A stretch of DNA of 50,212 bases from Escherichia coli (GTDB lineage Bacteria > Pseudomonadota > Gammaproteobacteria > Enterobacterales > Enterobacteriaceae). The translations under genes were made by a program, and so were the position numbers. Below the pieces are notes generated by a model that did not search any database, had not been told where the DNA came from, and saw nothing but the letters and a program-made list of their open reading frames with translations. This document shows, one piece after another, positions 50,137 through 50,212 of this stretch (its first letter is position 1; each line of letters opens with the position of its first letter). The DNA is taken from the NCBI RefSeq assembly GCF_003334315.1, contig NZ_QOWR01000032.1. The stretch is one strand, 5' to 3'.

Positions 50137-50212
50137 GGTAATGGTGCCAACTTACTGATTTAGTGTATGATGGTGTTTTTGAGGTGCTCCCGTGGCTTCC
50201 ATCTCCATCAGT
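50137..50212 (+). mobile_element. IS1 insertion sequence, 5' end (left inverted repeat and start of insA), running off the window
   Basis: GGTAATGGTGCCAACTTACTGATTTAGTGTATGATGGTGTTTTTGAGGTGCTCC matches the IS1 left terminus; a GTG at 50192 opens an insA-like frame (VASISIS...). Same orientation as the IS1 copy at 1..453. Confidence 0.85.

Overview
This 50.2-kb window reads as conserved Escherichia coli / Shigella core chromosome, not an accessory island, and I found no convincing novel system in it. Gene order and protein lengths match, in reverse orientation, what I recall of the E. coli K-12 ydhS-to-malI interval (about 50 contiguous genes: ydhR, two tRNA-Val, ydhQ, mdtK, ribC, cfa, ydhC, ydhB, purR, ynhF, ydhP, sodB, mepH, grxD, lhr, rnt, gloA, nemA, nemR, ydhL, ydhF, sodC, ydhKJI, slyA, slyB, anmK, mliC, pdxH, tyrS, pdxY, gstA, dtpA, nth, rsxEGDCBA, ydgK, cnu, blr, ydgJ, add, malY, malX, malI). 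The departures from that layout are the main findings: both window edges lie inside IS1 copies in the same orientation (1..453 and 50137..50212), the left copy truncates ydhS, the right copy sits 27 bp after malI, and rsxC carries an in-frame 96-bp tandem repeat with what looks like one unit fewer than K-12. Several known operator palindromes (PurR, MalI, NemR, SlyA) and intrinsic-terminator hairpins are readable directly. All identifications rest on the supplied ORF translations plus memory of E. coli proteins; no database search was run, and site coordinates were hand-counted and may be off by a base or two.
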